In this document: in pieces, positions 10,428 through 25,400 of the stretch
Numbering within the stretch: the stretch's first letter is position 1
Layout: each line of letters starts with the position of its first letter
Assembly (NCBI GenBank): GCA_002269645.1
Contig: NIVC01000041.1
Location: 372,001 to 436,000, forward strand
Direction of reading: 5' to 3'
From: Macrostomum lignano
Taxonomy: Eukaryota
DNA: 64,000 bases
Program-made: the position numbers and the translations under genes
Notes under the pieces: generated by a model
Told to the model about the DNA's origin: nothing
What the model saw: the letters and a program-made list of their open reading frames with translations, nothing else
Database searches by the model: none

Positions 10428-13400
10428 CTCCGACACTTCACCTGCTTCCGTTGCCGTCTCCGACACTTCTCCTGCTTCCGTTGCCGTCTCCGACACTTCT
10501 GCTTCCGTTGCCGTCTCCGACACTTCTGCTTCCGTTGCCGTCTCCGACACTTCTGCTTCCGTTGCCGTCACTGACACTTCTCCTGCTTCCGTTGCCGTCT
10601 CCGACACTTCTGCTTCCGTTGCCGTCTCCGACACTTCTGCTTCCGTTGCCGTCTCCGACACTTCTCCTGCTTCCGTTGCCGTCACTGACACTTCTCCTGC
10701 TTCCGTTGCCATCACTGACACTTCTCCTGCTTCCGTTGCCGTCTCCGACACTTCTCCTGCTTCCGTTGCCGTCACTGACACTTCTCCTGCTTCCGTTGCC
10801 ATCACTGACACTTCTCCTGCTTCCGTTGCCATCACTGACACTTCTCCTGCTTCCGTTGCCGTCACTGACACTTCTCCTGCTTCCGTTGCCGTCTCCGACA
10901 CTTCTCCTGCTTCCGTTGCCGTCACTGACACTTCTCCTGCTTCCGTTGCCGTCACTGACACTTCTCCTGCTTCCGTTGCCGTCACTGACACTTCTCCTGC
11001 TTCCGTTGCCGTCACTGACACTTCTCCTGCTTCCGTTGCCGTCTCCGACACTTCTCCTGCTTCCGTTGCCGTCTCCGACACTTCTGCTTCCGTTGCCGTC
11101 TCCGACACTTCTCCTGCTTCCGTTGCCGTCTCCGACACTTCTCCTGCTTCCGTTGCCGTCACTGACACTTCTCCTGCTTCCGTTGCCGTCACTGACACTT
11201 CTCCTGCTTCCGTTGCCGTCACTGACACTTCTCCTGCTTCCGTTGCCGTCACTGACACTTCTCCTGCTTCCGTTGCCGTCACTGACACTTCTCCTGCTTC
11301 CGTTGCCGTCACTGACACTTCTCCTGCTTCCGTTGCCGTCACTGACACTTCTCCTGCTTCCGTTGCCGTCACTGACACTTCTCCTGCTTCCGTTGCCGTC
11401 ACTGACACTTCTCCTGCTTCCGTTGCCGTCACTGACACTTCTCCTGCTTCCGTTGCCGTCTCCGACACTTCTCCTGCTTCCGTTGCCGTCACTGACACTT
11501 CTCCTGCTTCCGTTGCCGTCACTGACACTTCTCCTGCTTCCGTTGCCGTCACTGACACTTCTCCTGCTTCCGTTGCCGTCTCCGACACTTCTCCTGCTTC
11601 CGTTGCCGTCACTGACACTTCTCCTGCTTCCATTGCCGTCACTGACACTTCTCCTGCTTCCGTTGCCGTCACTGACACTTCTCCTGCTTCCGTTGCCGTC
11701 TCCGACACTTCTCCTGCTTCCGTTGCCGTCACTGACACTTCTCCTGCTTCCATTGCCGTCACTGACACTTCTCCTGCTTCCGTTGCCGTCACTGACACTT
11801 CTCCTGCTTCCGTTGCCGTCACTGACACTTCTCCTGCTTCCGTTGCCGTCACTGACACTTCTCCTGCTTCCATTGCCGTCACTGACACTTCTCCTGCTTC
11901 CGTTGCCGTCACTGACACTTCTCCTGCTTCCGTTGCCGTCACTGACACTTCTCCTGCTTCCGTTGCCGTCACTGACACTTCTCCTGCTTCCGTTGCCGTC
12001 TGACACTTCTCCTGCTTCCGTTGCCGTCACTGACACTTCTCCTGCTTCCGTTGCCGTCTCCGACACTTCTCCTGCTTCCGTTGCCGTCACTGACACTTCT
12101 CCTGCTTCCATTGCCGTCACTGACACTTCTCCTGCTTCCGTTGCCGTCACTGACACTTCTCCTGCTTCCGTTGCCGTCTCCGACACTTCTCCTGCTTCCG
12201 TTGCCGTCACTGACACTTCTCCTGCTTCCGTTGCCGTCACTGACACTTCTCCTGCTTCCGTTGCCGTCACTGACACTTCTCCTGCTTCCGTTGCCGTCAC
12301 TGACACTTCTCCTGCTTCCGTTGCCGTCACTGACACTTCTCCTGCTTCCGTTGCCGTCACTGACACTTCTCCTGCTTCCGTTGCCGTCACTGACACTTCT
12401 CCTGCTTCCGTTGCCGTCACTGACACTTCTCCTGCTTCCGTTGCCGTCTCTGACACTTCTCCTGCTTCCGTTGCCGTCACTGACACTTCTCCTGCTTCCG
12501 TTGCCGTCACTGACACTTCTCCTGCTTCCGTTGCCGTCACTGACACTTCTCCTGCTTCCGTTGCCGTCACTGACACTTCTCCTGCTTCCGTTGCCGTCAC
12601 TGACACTTCTCCTGCTTCCGTTGCCGTCACTGACACTTCTCCTGCTTCCGTTGCCGTCACTGACACTTCTCCTGCTTCCGTTGCCGTCTCCGACACTTCT
12701 CCTGCTTCCGTTGCCGTCACTGACACTTCTCCTGCTTCCGTTGCCGTCACTGACACTTCTCCTGCTTCCGTTGCCGTCACTGACACTTCTCCTGCTTCCG
12801 TTGCCGTCACTGACACTTCTCCTGCTTCCGTTGCCGTCACTGACACTTCTCCTGCTTCCGTTGCCGTCACTGACACTTCTCCTGCTTCCGTTGCCGTCAC
12901 TGACACTTCTCCTGCTTCCGTTGCCGTCACTGACACTTCTCCTGCTTCCGTTGCCGTCACTGACACTTCTCCTGCTTCCGTTGCCGTCTCCGACACTTCT
13001 GCTTCCGTTGCCGTCACTGACACTTCTCCTGCTTCCGTTGCCGTCTGACACTTCTCCTGCTTCCGTTGCCGTCACTGACACTTCTCCTGCTTCCGTTGCC
13101 GTCACTGACACTTCTCCTGCTTCCGTTGCCGTCACTGACACTTCTCCTGCTTCCGTTGCCGTCTCCGACACTTCTCCTGCTTCCGTTGCCGTCACTGACA
13201 CTTCTCCTGCTTCCGTTGCCGTCACTGACACTTCTCCTGCTTCCGTTGCCGTCACTGACACTTCTCCTGCTTCCGTTGCCGTCACTGACACTTCTCCTGC
13301 TTCCGTTGCCGTCACTGACACTTCTCCTGCTTCCGTTGCCGTCACTGACACTTCTCCTGCTTCCGTTGCCGTCACTGACACTTCTCCTGCTTCCGTTGCC

Positions 13401-16400
13401 GTCACTGACACTTCTCCTGCTTCCGTTGCCGTCACTGACACTTCTCCTGCTTCCGTTGCCGTCACTGACACTTCTCCTGCTTCCGTTGCCGTCACTGACA
13501 CTTCTCCTGCTTCCGTTGCCGTCACTGACACTTCTCCTGCTTCCGTTGCCGTCTGACACTTCTCCTGCTTCCGTTGCCGTCTGACACTTCTCCTGCTTCC
13601 GTTGCCGTCACTGACACTTCTCCTGCTTCCGTTGCCGTCACTGACACTTCTCCTGCTTCCGTTGCCGTCACTGACACTTCTCCTGCTTCCGTTGCCGTCA
13701 CTGACACTTCTCCTGCTTCCGTTGCCGTCACTGACACTTCTCCTGCTTCCGTTGCCGTCACTGACACTTCTCCTGCTTCCGTTGCCGTCACTGACACTTC
13801 TCCTGCTTCCGTTGCCGTCACTGACACTTCTCCTGCTTCCGTTGCCGTCACTGACACTTCTCCTGCTTCCGTTGCCGTCACTGACACTTCTCCTGCTTCC
13901 GTTGCCGTCACTGACACTTCTCCTGCTTCCGTTGCCGTCACTGACACTTCTCCTGCTTCCGTTGCCGTCACTGACACTTCTCCTGCTTCCGTTGCCGTCA
14001 CTGACACTTCTCCTGCTTCCGTTGCCGTCACTGACACTTCTCCTGCTTCCGTTGCCGTCACTGACACTTCTCCTGCTTCCGTTGCCGTCACTGACACTTC
14101 TCCTGCTTCCGTTGCCGTCACTGACACTTCTCCTGCTTCCGTTGCCGTCACTGACACTTCTCCTGCTTCCGTTGCCGTCACTGACACTTCTCCTGCTTCC
14201 GTTGCCGTCACTGACACTTCTCCTGCTTCCGTTGCCGTCACTGACACTTCTCCTGCTTCCGTTGCCGTCACTGACACTTCTCCTGCTTCCGTTGCCGTCA
14301 CTGACACTTCTCCTGCTTCCGTTGCCGTCACTGACACTTCTCCTGCTTCCGTTGCCGTCTGACACTTCTCCTGCTTCCGTTGCCGTCACTGACACTTCTC
14401 CTGCTTCCGTTGCCGTCTGACACTTCTCCTGCTTCCGTTGCCGTCACTGACACTTCTCCTGCTTCCGTTGCCGTCACTGACACTTCTCCTGCTTCCGTTG
14501 CCGTCACTGACACTTCTCCTGCTTCCGTTGCCGTCTGACACTTCTCCTGCTTCCGTTGCCGTCACTGACACTTCTCCTGCTTCCGTTGCCGTCACTGACA
14601 CTTCTCCTGCTTCCGTTGCCGTCACTGACACTTCTCCTGCTTCCGTTGCCGTCACTGACACTTCTCCTGCTTCCGTTGCCGTCACTGACACTTCTCCTGC
14701 TTCCGTTGCCGTCACTGACACTTCTCCTGCTTCCGTTGCCGTCACTGACACTTCTCCTGCTTCCGTTGCCGTCACTGACACTTCTCCTGCTTCCGTTGCC
14801 GTCTGACACTTCTCCTGCTTCCGTTGCCGTCACTGACACTTCTCCTGCTTCCGTTGCCGTCACTGACACTTCTCCTGCTTCCGTTGCCGTCACTGACACT
14901 TCTCCTGCTTCCGTTGCCGTCTGACACTTCTCCTGCTTCCGTTGCCGTCACTGACACTTCTCCTGCTTCCGTTGCCGTCTGACACTTCTCCTGCTTCCGT
15001 TGCCGTCACTGACACTTCTCCTGCTTCCGTTGCCGTCACTGACACTTCTCCTGCTTCCGTTGCCGTCACTGACACTTCTCCTGCTTCCGTTGCCGTCACT
15101 GACACTTCTCCTGCTTCCGTTGCCGTCACTGACACTTCTCCTGCTTCCGTTGCCGTCACTGACACTTCTCCTGCTTCCGTTGCCGTCTGACACTTCTCCT
15201 GCTTCCGTTGCCGTCTGACACTTCTCCTGCTTCCGTTGCCGTCTGACACTTCTCCTGCTTCCGTTGCCGTCACTGACACTTCTCCTGCTTCCGTTGCCGT
15301 CACTGACACTTCTCCTGCTTCCGTTGCCGTCACTGACACTTCTCCTGCTTCCGTTGCCGTCACTGACACTTCTCCTGCTTCCGTTGCCGTCACTGACACT
15401 TCTCCTGCTTCCGTTGCCGTCACTGACACTTCTCCTGCTTCCGTTGCCGTCACTGACACTTCTCCTGCTTCCGTTGCCGTCACTGACACTTCTCCTGCTT
15501 CCGTTGCCGTCACTGACACTTCTCCTGCTTCCGTTGCCGTCACTGACACTTCTCCTGCTTCCGTTGCCGTCACTGACACTTCTCCTGCTTCCGTTGCCGT
15601 CACTGACACTTCTCCTGCTTCCGTTGCCGTCACTGACACTTCTCCTGCTTCCGTTGCCGTCACTGACACTTCTCCTGCTTCCGTTGCCGTCACTGACACT
15701 TCTCCTGCTTCCGTTGCCGTCACTGACACTTCTCCTGCTTCCGTTGCCGTCACTGACACTTCTCCTGCTTCCGTTGCCGTCACTGACACTTCTCCTGCTT
15801 CCGTTGCCGTCACTGACACTTCTCCTGCTTCCGTTGCCGTCTGACACTTCTCCTGCTTCCGTTGCCGTCACTGACACTTCTCCTGCTTCCGTTGCCGTCA
15901 CTGACACTTCTCCTGCTTCCGTTGCCGTCACTGACACTTCTCCTGCTTCCGTTGCCGTCACTGACACTTCTCCTGCTTCCGTTGCCGTCACTGACACTTC
16001 TCCTGCTTCCGTTGCCGTCACTGACACTTCTCCTGCTTCCGTTGCCGTCACTGACACTTCTCCTGCTTCCGTTGCCGTCACTGACACTTCTCCTGCTTCC
16101 GTTGCCGTCACTGACACTTCTCCTGCTTCCGTTGCCGTCACTGACACTTCTCCTGCTTCCGTTGCCGTCACTGACACTTCTCCTGCTTCCGTTGCCGTCA
16201 CTGACACTTCTCCTGCTTCCGTTGCCGTCACTGACACTTCTCCTGCTTCCGTTGCCGTCACTGACACTTCTCCTGCTTCCGTTGCCGTCACTGACACTTC
16301 TCCTGCTTCCGTTGCCGTCACTGACACTTCTCCTGCTTCCGTTGCCGTCACTGACACTTCTCCTGCTTCCGTTGCCGTCACTGACACTTCTCCTGCTTCC

Positions 16401-19400
16401 GTTGCCGTCACTGACACTTCTCCTGCTTCCGTTGCCGTCACTGACACTTCTCCTGCTTCCGTTGCCGTCACTGACACTTCTCCTGCTTCCGTTGCCGTCA
16501 CTGACACTTCTCCTGCTTCCGTTGCCGTCACTGACACTTCTCCTGCTTCCGTTGCCGTCACTGACACTTCTCCTGCTTCCGTTGCCGTCACTGACACTTC
16601 TCCTGCTTCCGTTGCCGTCACTGACACTTCTCCTGCTTCCGTTGCCGTCACTGACACTTCTCCTGCTTCCGTTGCCGTCACTGACACTTCTCCTGCTTCC
16701 GTTGCCGTCACTGACACTTCTCCTGCTTCCGTTGCCGTCACTGACACTTCTCCTGCTTCCGTTGCCGTCACTGACACTTCTCCTGCTTCCGTTGCCGTCA
16801 CTGACACTTCTCCTGCTTCCGTTGCCGTCACTGACACTTCTCCTGCTTCCGTTGCCGTCACTGACACTTCTCCTGCTTCCGTTGCCGTCACTGACACTTC
16901 TCCTGCTTCCGTTGCCGTCACTGACACTTCTCCTGCTTCCGTTGCCGTCACTGACACTTCTCCTGCTTCCGTTGCCGTCACTGACACTTCTCCTGCTTCC
17001 GTTGCCGTCACTGACACTTCTCCTGCTTCCGTTGCCGTCACTGACACTTCTCCTGCTTCCGTTGCCGTCACTGACACTTCTCCTGCTTCCGTTGCCGTCA
17101 CTGACACTTCTCCTGCTTCCGTTGCCGTCACTGACACTTCTCCTGCTTCCGTTGCCGTCACTGACACTTCTCCTGCTTCCGTTGCCGTCACTGACACTTC
17201 TCCTGCTTCCGTTGCCGTCTGACACTTCTCCTGCTTCCGTTGCCGTCACTGACACTTCTCCTGCTTCCGTTGCCGTCACTGACACTTCTCCTGCTTCCGT
17301 TGCCGTCACTGACACTTCTCCTGCTTCCGTTGCCGTCACTGACACTTCTCCTGCTTCCGTTGCCGTCACTGACACTTCTCCTGCTTCCGTTGCCGTCACT
17401 GACACTTCTCCTGCTTCCGTTGCCGTCACTGACACTTCTCCTGCTTCCGTTGCCGTCACTGACACTTCTCCTGCTTCCGTTGCCGTCACTGACACTTCTC
17501 CTGCTTCCGTTGCCGTCACTGACACTTCTCCTGCTTCCGTTGCCGTCACTGACACTTCTCCTGCTTCCGTTGCCGTCACTGACACTTCTCCTGCTTCCGT
17601 TGCCGTCACTGACACTTCTCCTGCTTCCGTTGCCGTCACTGACACTTCTCCTGCTTCCGTTGCCGTCACTGACACTTCTCCTGCTTCCGTTGCCGTCACT
17701 GACACTTCTCCTGCTTCCGTTGCCGTCACTGACACTTCTCCTGCTTCCGTTGCCGTCACTGACACTTCTCCTGCTTCCGTTGCCGTCACTGACACTTCTC
17801 CTGCTTCCGTTGCCGTCACTGACACTTCTCCTGCTTCCGTTGCCGTCACTGACACTTCTCCTGCTTCCGTTGCCGTCACTGACACTTCTCCTGCTTCCGT
17901 TGCCGTCACTGACACTTCTCCTGCTTCCGTTGCCGTCACTGACACTTCTCCTGCTTCCGTTGCCGTCACTGACACTTCTCCTGCTTCCGTTGCCGTCACT
18001 GACACTTCTCCTGCTTCCGTTGCCGTCACTGACACTTCTCCTGCTTCCGTTGCCGTCACTGACACTTCTCCTGCTTCCGTTGCCGTCACTGACACTTCTC
18101 CTGCTTCCGTTGCCGTCACTGACACTTCTCCTGCTTCCGTTGCCGTCACTGACACTTCTCCTGCTTCCGTTGCCGTCACTGACACTTCTCCTGCTTCCGT
18201 TGCCGTCACTGACACTTCTCCTGCTTCCGTTGCCGTCACTGACACTTCTCCTGCTTCCGTTGCCGTCACTGACACTTCTCCTGCTTCCGTTGCCGTCACT
18301 GACACTTCTCCTGCTTCCGTTGCCGTCACTGACACTTCTCCTGCTTCCGTTGCCGTCACTGACACTTCTCCTGCTTCCGTTGCCGTCACTGACACTTCTC
18401 CTGCTTCCGTTGCCGTCACTGACACTTCTCCTGCTTCCGTTGCCGTCACTGACACTTCTCCTGCTTCCGTTGCCGTCACTGACACTTCTCCTGCTTCCGT
18501 TGCCGTCACTGACACTTCTCCTGCTTCCGTTGCCGTCACTGACACTTCTCCTGCTTCCGTTGCCGTCACTGACACTTCTCCTGCTTCCGTTGCCGTCACT
18601 GACACTTCTCCTGCTTCCGTTGCCGTCACTGACACTTCTCCTGCTTCCGTTGCCGTCACTGACACTTCTCCTGCTTCCGTTGCCGTCACTGACACTTCTC
18701 CTGCTTCCGTTGCCGTCACTGACACTTCTCCTGCTTCCGTTGCCGTCACTGACACTTCTCCTGCTTCCGTTGCCGTCACTGACACTTCTCCTGCTTCCGT
18801 TGCCGTCACTGACACTTCTCCTGCTTCCGTTGCCGTCACTGACACTTCTCCTGCTTCCGTTGCCGTCACTGACACTTCTCCTGCTTCCGTTGCCGTCACT
18901 GACACTTCTCCTGCTTCCGTTGCCGTCACTGACACTTCTCCTGCTTCCGTTGCCGTCACTGACACTTCTCCTGCTTCCGTTGCCGTCACTGACACTTCTC
19001 CTGCTTCCGTTGCCGTCACTGACACTTCTCCTGCTTCCGTTGCCGTCACTGACACTTCTCCTGCTTCCGTTGCCGTCACTGACACTTCTCCTGCTTCCGT
19101 TGCCGTCACTGACACTTCTCCTGCTTCCGTTGCCGTCACTGACACTTCTCCTGCTTCCGTTGCCGTCACTGACACTTCTCCTGCTTCCGTTGCCGTCACT
19201 GACACTTCTCCTGCTTCCGTTGCCGTCACTGACACTTCTCCTGCTTCCGTTGCCGTCACTGACACTTCTCCTGCTTCCGTTGCCGTCACTGACACTTCTC
19301 CTGCTTCCGTTGCCGTCACTGACACTTCTCCTGCTTCCGTTGCCGTCACTGACACTTCTCCTGCTTCCGTTGCCGTCACTGACACTTCTCCTGCTTCCGT

Positions 19401-22400
19401 TGCCGTCACTGACACTTCTCCTGCTTCCGTTGCCGTCACTGACACTTCTCCTGCTTCCGTTGCCGTCTGACACTTCTCCTGCTTCCGTTGCCGTCACTGA
19501 CACTTCTCCTGCTTCCGTTGCCGTCACTGACACTTCTCCTGCTTCCGTTGCCGTCACTGACACTTCTCCTGCTTCCGTTGCCGTCACTGACACTTCTCCT
19601 GCTTCCGTTGCCGTCACTGACACTTCTCCTGCTTCCGTTGCCGTCACTGACACTTCTCCTGCTTCCGTTGCCGTCACTGACACTTCTCCTGCTTCCGTTG
19701 CCGTCACTGACACTTCTCCTGCTTCCGTTGCCGTCACTGACACTTCTCCTGCTTCCGTTGCCGTCACTGACACTTCTCCTGCTTCCGTTGCCGTCACTGA
19801 CACTTCTCCTGCTTCCGTTGCCGTCACTGACACTTCTCCTGCTTCCGTTGCCGTCACTGACACTTCTCCTGCTTCCGTTGCCGTCACTGACACTTCTCCT
19901 GCTTCCGTTGCCGTCACTGACACTTCTCCTGCTTCCGTTGCCGTCACTGACACTTCTCCTGCTTCCGTTGCCGTCACTGACACTTCTCCTGCTTCCGTTG
20001 CCGTCACTGACACTTCTCCTGCTTCCGTTGCCGTCACTGACACTTCTCCTGCTTCCGTTGCCGTCACTGACACTTCTCCTGCTTCCGTTGCCGTCACTGA
20101 CACTTCTCCTGCTTCCGTTGCCGTCACTGACACTTCTCCTGCTTCCGTTGCCGTCACTGACACTTCTCCTGCTTCCGTTGCCGTCACTGACACTTCTCCT
20201 GCTTCCGTTGCCGTCACTGACACTTCTCCTGCTTCCGTTGCCGTCACTGACACTTCTCCTGCTTCCGTTGCCGTCACTGACACTTCTCCTGCTTCCGTTG
20301 CCGTCACTGACACTTCTCCTGCTTCCGTTGCCGTCACTGACACTTCTCCTGCTTCCGTTGCCGTCACTGACACTTCTCCTGCTTCCGTTGCCGTCACTGA
20401 CACTTCTCCTGCTTCCGTTGCCGTCACTGACACTTCTCCTGCTTCCGTTGCCGTCACTGACACTTCTCCTGCTTCCGTTGCCGTCACTGACACTTCTCCT
20501 GCTTCCGTTGCCGTCACTGACACTTCTCCTGCTTCCGTTGCCGTCACTGACACTTCTCCTGCTTCCGTTGCCGTCACTGACACTTCTCCTGCTTCCGTTG
20601 CCGTCACTGACACTTCTCCTGCTTCCGTTGCCGTCACTGACACTTCTCCTGCTTCCGTTGCCGTCACTGACACTTCTCCTGCTTCCGTTGCCGTCACTGA
20701 CACTTCTCCTGCTTCCGTTGCCGTCACTGACACTTCTCCTGCTTCCGTTGCCGTCACTGACACTTCTCCTGCTTCCGTTGCCGTCACTGACACTTCTCCT
20801 GCTTCCGTTGCCGTCACTGACACTTCTCCTGCTTCCGTTGCCGTCACTGACACTTCTCCTGCTTCCGTTGCCGTCACTGACACTTCTCCTGCTTCCGTTG
20901 CCGTCACTGACACTTCTCCTGCTTCCGTTGCCGTCACTGACACTTCTCCTGCTTCCGTTGCCGTCACTGACACTTCTCCTGCTTCCGTTGCCGTCACTGA
21001 CACTTCTCCTGCTTCCGTTGCCGTCACTGACACTTCTCCTGCTTCCGTTGCCGTCACTGACACTTCTCCTGCTTCCGTTGCCGTCACTGACACTTCTCCT
21101 GCTTCCGTTGCCGTCACTGACACTTCTCCTGCTTCCGTTGCCGTCACTGACACTTCTCCTGCTTCCGTTGCCGTCACTGACACTTCTCCTGCTTCCGTTG
21201 CCGTCACTGACACTTCTCCTGCTTCCGTTGCCGTCACTGACACTTCTCCTGCTTCCGTTGCCGTCACTGACACTTCTCCTGCTTCCGTTGCCGTCACTGA
21301 CACTTCTCCTGCTTCCGTTGCCGTCACTGACACTTCTCCTGCTTCCGTTGCCGTCACTGACACTTCTCCTGCTTCCGTTGCCGTCACTGACACTTCTCCT
21401 GCTTCCGTTGCCGTCACTGACACTTCTCCTGCTTCCGTTGCCGTCACTGACACTTCTCCTGCTTCCGTTGCCGTCACTGACACTTCTCCTGCTTCCGTTG
21501 CCGTCACTGACACTTCTCCTGCTTCCGTTGCCGTCACTGACACTTCTCCTGCTTCCGTTGCCGTCACTGACACTTCTCCTGCTTCCGTTGCCGTCACTGA
21601 CACTTCTCCTGCTTCCGTTGCCGTCACTGACACTTCTCCTGCTTCCGTTGCCGTCACTGACACTTCTCCTGCTTCCGTTGCCGTCACTGACACTTCTCCT
21701 GCTTCCGTTGCCGTCACTGACACTTCTCCTGCTTCCGTTGCCGTCACTGACACTTCTCCTGCTTCCGTTGCCGTCACTGACACTTCTCCTGCTTCCGTTG
21801 CCGTCACTGACACTTCTCCTGCTTCCGTTGCCGTCACTGACACTTCTCCTGCTTCCGTTGCCGTCACTGACACTTCTCCTGCTTCCGTTGCCGTCACTGA
21901 CACTTCTCCTGCTTCCGTTGCCGTCACTGACACTTCTCCTGCTTCCGTTGCCGTCACTGACACTTCTCCTGCTTCCGTTGCCGTCACTGACACTTCTCCT
22001 GCTTCCGTTGCCGTCACTGACACTTCTCCTGCTTCCGTTGCCGTCACTGACACTTCTCCTGCTTCCGTTGCCGTCACTGACACTTCTCCTGCTTCCGTTG
22101 CCGTCACTGACACTTCTCCTGCTTCCGTTGCCGTCACTGACACTTCTCCTGCTTCCGTTGCCGTCACTGACACTTCTCCTGCTTCCGTTGCCGTCACTGA
22201 CACTTCTCCTGCTTCCGTTGCCGTCACTGACACTTCTCCTGCTTCCGTTGCCGTCACTGACACTTCTCCTGCTTCCGTTGCCGTCACTGACACTTCTCCT
22301 GCTTCCGTTGCCGTCACTGACACTTCTCCTGCTTCCGTTGCCGTCACTGACACTTCTCCTGCTTCCGTTGCCGTCACTGACACTTCTCCTGCTTCCGTTG

Positions 22401-25400
22401 CCGTCACTGACACTTCTCCTGCTTCCGTTGCCGTCACTGACACTTCTCCTGCTTCCGTTGCCGTCACTGACACTTCTCCTGCTTCCGTTGCCGTCACTGA
22501 CACTTCTCCTGCTTCCGTTGCCGTCACTGACACTTCTCCTGCTTCCGTTGCCGTCACTGACACTTCTCCTGCTTCCGTTGCCGTCACTGACACTTCTCCT
22601 GCTTCCGTTGCCGTCACTGACACTTCTCCTGCTTCCGTTGCCGTCACTGACACTTCTCCTGCTTCCGTTGCCGTCACTGACACTTCTCCTGCTTCCGTTG
22701 CCGTCACTGACACTTCTCCTGCTTCCGTTGCCGTCACTGACACTTCTCCTGCTTCCGTTGCCGTCACTGACACTTCTCCTGCTTCCGTTGCCGTCACTGA
22801 CACTTCTCCTGCTTCCGTTGCCGTCACTGACACTTCTCCTGCTTCCGTTGCCGTCACTGACACTTCTCCTGCTTCCGTTGCCGTCACTGACACTTCTCCT
22901 GCTTCCGTTGCCGTCACTGACACTTCTCCTGCTTCCGTTGCCGTCACTGACACTTCTCCTGCTTCCGTTGCCGTCACTGACACTTCTCCTGCTTCCGTTG
23001 CCGTCACTGACACTTCTCCTGCTTCCGTTGCCGTCACTGACACTTCTCCTGCTTCCGTTGCCGTCACTGACACTTCTCCTGCTTCCGTTGCCGTCACTGA
23101 CACTTCTCCTGCTTCCGTTGCCGTCACTGACACTTCTCCTGCTTCCGTTGCCGTCACTGACACTTCTCCTGCTTCCGTTGCCGTCACTGACACTTCTCCT
23201 GCTTCCGTTGCCGTCACTGACACTTCTCCTGCTTCCGTTGCCGTCACTGACACTTCTCCTGCTTCCGTTGCCGTCACTGACACTTCTCCTGCTTCCGTTG
23301 CCGTCACTGACACTTCTCCTGCTTCCGTTGCCGTCACTGACACTTCTCCTGCTTCCGTTGCCGTCACTGACACTTCTCCTGCTTCCGTTGCCGTCACTGA
23401 CACTTCTCCTGCTTCCGTTGCCGTCACTGACACTTCTCCTGCTTCCGTTGCCGTCACTGACACTTCTCCTGCTTCCGTTGCCGTCACTGACACTTCTCCT
23501 GCTTCCGTTGCCGTCACTGACACTTCTCCTGCTTCCGTTGCCGTCACTGACACTTCTCCTGCTTCCGTTGCCGTCACTGACACTTCTCCTGCTTCCGTTG
23601 CCGTCACTGACACTTCTCCTGCTTCCGTTGCCGTCACTGACACTTCTCCTGCTTCCGTTGCCGTCACTGACACTTCTCCTGCTTCCGTTGCCGTCACTGA
23701 CACTTCTCCTGCTTCCGTTGCCGTCACTGACACTTCTCCTGCTTCCGTTGCCGTCTCCTGACACTTCTCCTGCTTCCGTTGCCGTCACTGACACTTCTCC
23801 TGCTTCCGTTGCCGTCACTGACACTTCTCCTGCTTCCGTTGCCGTCACTGACACTTCTCCTGCTTCCGTTGCCGTCACTGACACTTCTCCTGCTTCCGTT
23901 GCCGTCACTGACACTTCTCCTGCTTCCGTTGCCGTCACTGACACTTCTCCTGCTTCCGTTGCCGTCACTGACACTTCTCCTGCTTCCGTTGCCGTCACTG
24001 ACACTTCTCCTGCTTCCGTTGCCGTCACTGACACTTCTCCTGCTTCCGTTGCCGTCACTGACACTTCTCCTGCTTCCGTTGCCGTCACTGACACTTCTCC
24101 TGCTTCCGTTGCCGTCACTGACACTTCTCCTGCTTCCGTTGCCGTCACTGACACTTCTCCTGCTTCCGTTGCCGTCACTGACACTTCTCCTGCTTCCGTT
24201 GCCGTCACTGACACTTCTCCTGCTTCCGTTGCCGTCACTGACACTTCTCCTGCTTCCGTTGCCGTCACTGACACTTCTCCTGCTTCCGTTGCCGTCACTG
24301 ACACTTCTCCTGCTTCCGTTGCCGTCACTGACACTTCTCCTGCTTCCGTTGCCGTCACTGACACTTCTCCTGCTTCCGTTGCCGTCACTGACACTTCTCC
24401 TGCTTCCGTTGCCGTCACTGACACTTCTCCTGCTTCCGTTGCCGTCACTGACACTTCTCCTGCTTCCGTTGCCGTCACTGACACTTCTCCTGCTTCCGTT
24501 GCCGTCACTGACACTTCTCCTGCTTCCGTTGCCGTCACTGACACTTCTCCTGCTTCCGTTGCCGTCACTGACACTTCTCCTGCTTCCGTTGCCGTCACTG
24601 ACACTTCTCCTGCTTCCGTTGCCGTCACTGACACTTCTCCTGCTTCCGTTGCCGTCACTGACACTTCTCCTGCTTCCGTTGCCGTCACTGACACTTCTCC
24701 TGCTTCCGTTGCCGTCACTGACACTTCTCCTGCTTCCGTTGCCGTCACTGACACTTCTCCTGCTTCCGTTGCCGTCACTGACACTTCTCCTGCTTCCGTT
24801 GCCGTCACTGACACTTCTCCTGCTTCCGTTGCCGTCACTGACACTTCTCCTGCTTCCGTTGCCGTCACTGACACTTCTCCTGCTTCCGTTGCCGTCACTG
24901 ACACTTCTCCTGCTTCCGTTGCCGTCTGACACTTCTCCTGCTTCCGTTGCCGTCACTGACACTTCTCCTGCTTCCGTTGCCGTCTCTGACACTTCTCCTG
25001 CTTCCGTTGCCGTCACTGACACTTCTCCTGCTTCCGTTGCCGTCACTGACACTTCTCCTGCTTCCGTTGCCGTCTGACACTTCTCCTGCTTCCGTTGCCG
25101 TCACTGACACTTCTCCTGCTTCCGTTGCCGTCACTGACACTTCTCCTGCTTCCGTTGCCGTCACTGACACTTCTCCTGCTTCCGTTGCCGTCACTGACAC
25201 TTCTCCTGCTTCCGTTGCCGTCACTGACACTTCTCCTGCTTCCGTTGCCGTCACTGACACTTCTCCTGCTTCCGTTGCCGTCACTGACACTTCTCCTGCT
25301 TCCGTTGCCGTCACTGACACTTCTCCTGCTTCCGTTGCCGTCACTGACACTTCTCCTGCTTCCGTTGCCGTCACTGACACTTCTCCTGCTTCCGTTGCCG